NCBI RefSeq assembly: GCF_006345805.1
Contig: NW_021824133.1
Span: 1 to 20,086, forward strand
Reading direction: 5' to 3'
Origin: Octopus sinensis
Taxonomy: Eukaryota
DNA length: 20,086 nt
Shown here: in pieces, positions 19,758 to 20,086 of the stretch
How positions within the stretch are numbered: position 1 is the stretch's first letter
How the letters are laid out: every line of letters starts with the position of its first letter
Position numbers and translations under genes: made by a program
The notes under the pieces: model-generated
What the model was told of the DNA's origin: nothing
Seen by the model: the letters and a program-made list of their open reading frames with translations, nothing else
Database searches by the model: none

Positions 19758-19800
19758 TTTTTCAGCTCTTGAGCTGTGGCCATGCTGACAATGGGCACCA
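19758..19800 (-). mobile_element. SINE 3'-tail fragment related to the family A tail
   Basis: The minus strand reads TGGTGCCC(ATTGT)CAGCATGGCCACAGCTCAAGAGCTGAAAAA, compared with GGTGCTCCAGCATGGCCACAGTCAAATGACTGAAA. Confidence 0.7.
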
Positions 19801-19823
19801 CCATATATTATATATAATATATA

Positions 19824-19855
<32 letters not shown>

Positions 19856-19881
19856 GTTTCTTTCCGTGTTCTTTCTGTGTA

Positions 19882-19919
19882 TTTTTCTGTTGAAGAGCGT
19901 AGGCTCGAAACGTAAAAGA
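19882..19919 (+). ncRNA. Minimal hammerhead-like motif with a mutated core (probably inactive), at the start of a Penelope-type terminal-repeat remnant that runs to ~20015
   Basis: CTGTTGA (19887-19893, A6 replaced by T), an extra A, stem II GAGC-GTAG-GCTC, GAAA (19907-19910), ACGT palindrome, GTA triplet, TTTTT/AAAGA stem I. Confidence 0.45.
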
Positions 19920-20014
19920 CTTTTTTTATTTATATTCCTGAGCACCATACTAATACAATTGTGTGTTTGTATTCCACCTGCCTTCGTCTTTTGTTTATTT
20001 TCATAAAGCTTCCG

Positions 20015-20049
<35 letters not shown>

Positions 20050-20086
20050 AAATGTTAGTGGAGAGAATACTCCATGTATAGAACAA

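Noticed and set aside
643-19772. The many long ORFs rich in YI/YV/CV/HT, poly-V, poly-S, poly-M, poly-I and poly-H
   Set aside because: They are translations of (TA)n, (TG)n, (TACA)n, (GATA)n and trinucleotide microsatellites, which lack stops in some frames by construction.

Overview
This is eukaryotic, gene-poor, repeat-dominated DNA. It is most likely from an octopus or other coleoid cephalopod; that is inferred from the extreme density of TA/TACA/GATA/GAT/TAG microsatellites and from tRNA-headed SINE families I recognise from Octopus, and I could not run a database search to confirm it. No intact protein-coding gene is supported. Almost every ORF in the supplied track is a microsatellite translation or an antisense or shifted frame over a transposon. 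Supported content: (i) four dead DNA-transposase remnants, all coded on the minus strand: an internally deleted mariner with intact 30-bp TIRs nested in a hAT-type MITE, a Tc1-like element, a maT/DD37D-like element and a Chapaev3-like element; (ii) at least three families of tRNA-derived SINEs, two copies with clear target-site duplications; (iii) very large simple-repeat blocks. The best lead is at the right end. Three unrelated plus-strand hammerhead-ribozyme-like motifs of the Penelope-associated type I kind lie within about 1.4 kb: one with an intact core at 18849-18938 and two degenerate ones. A 73-nt near-perfect hairpin lies among them. I found no evidence strong enough to claim a new biological system.
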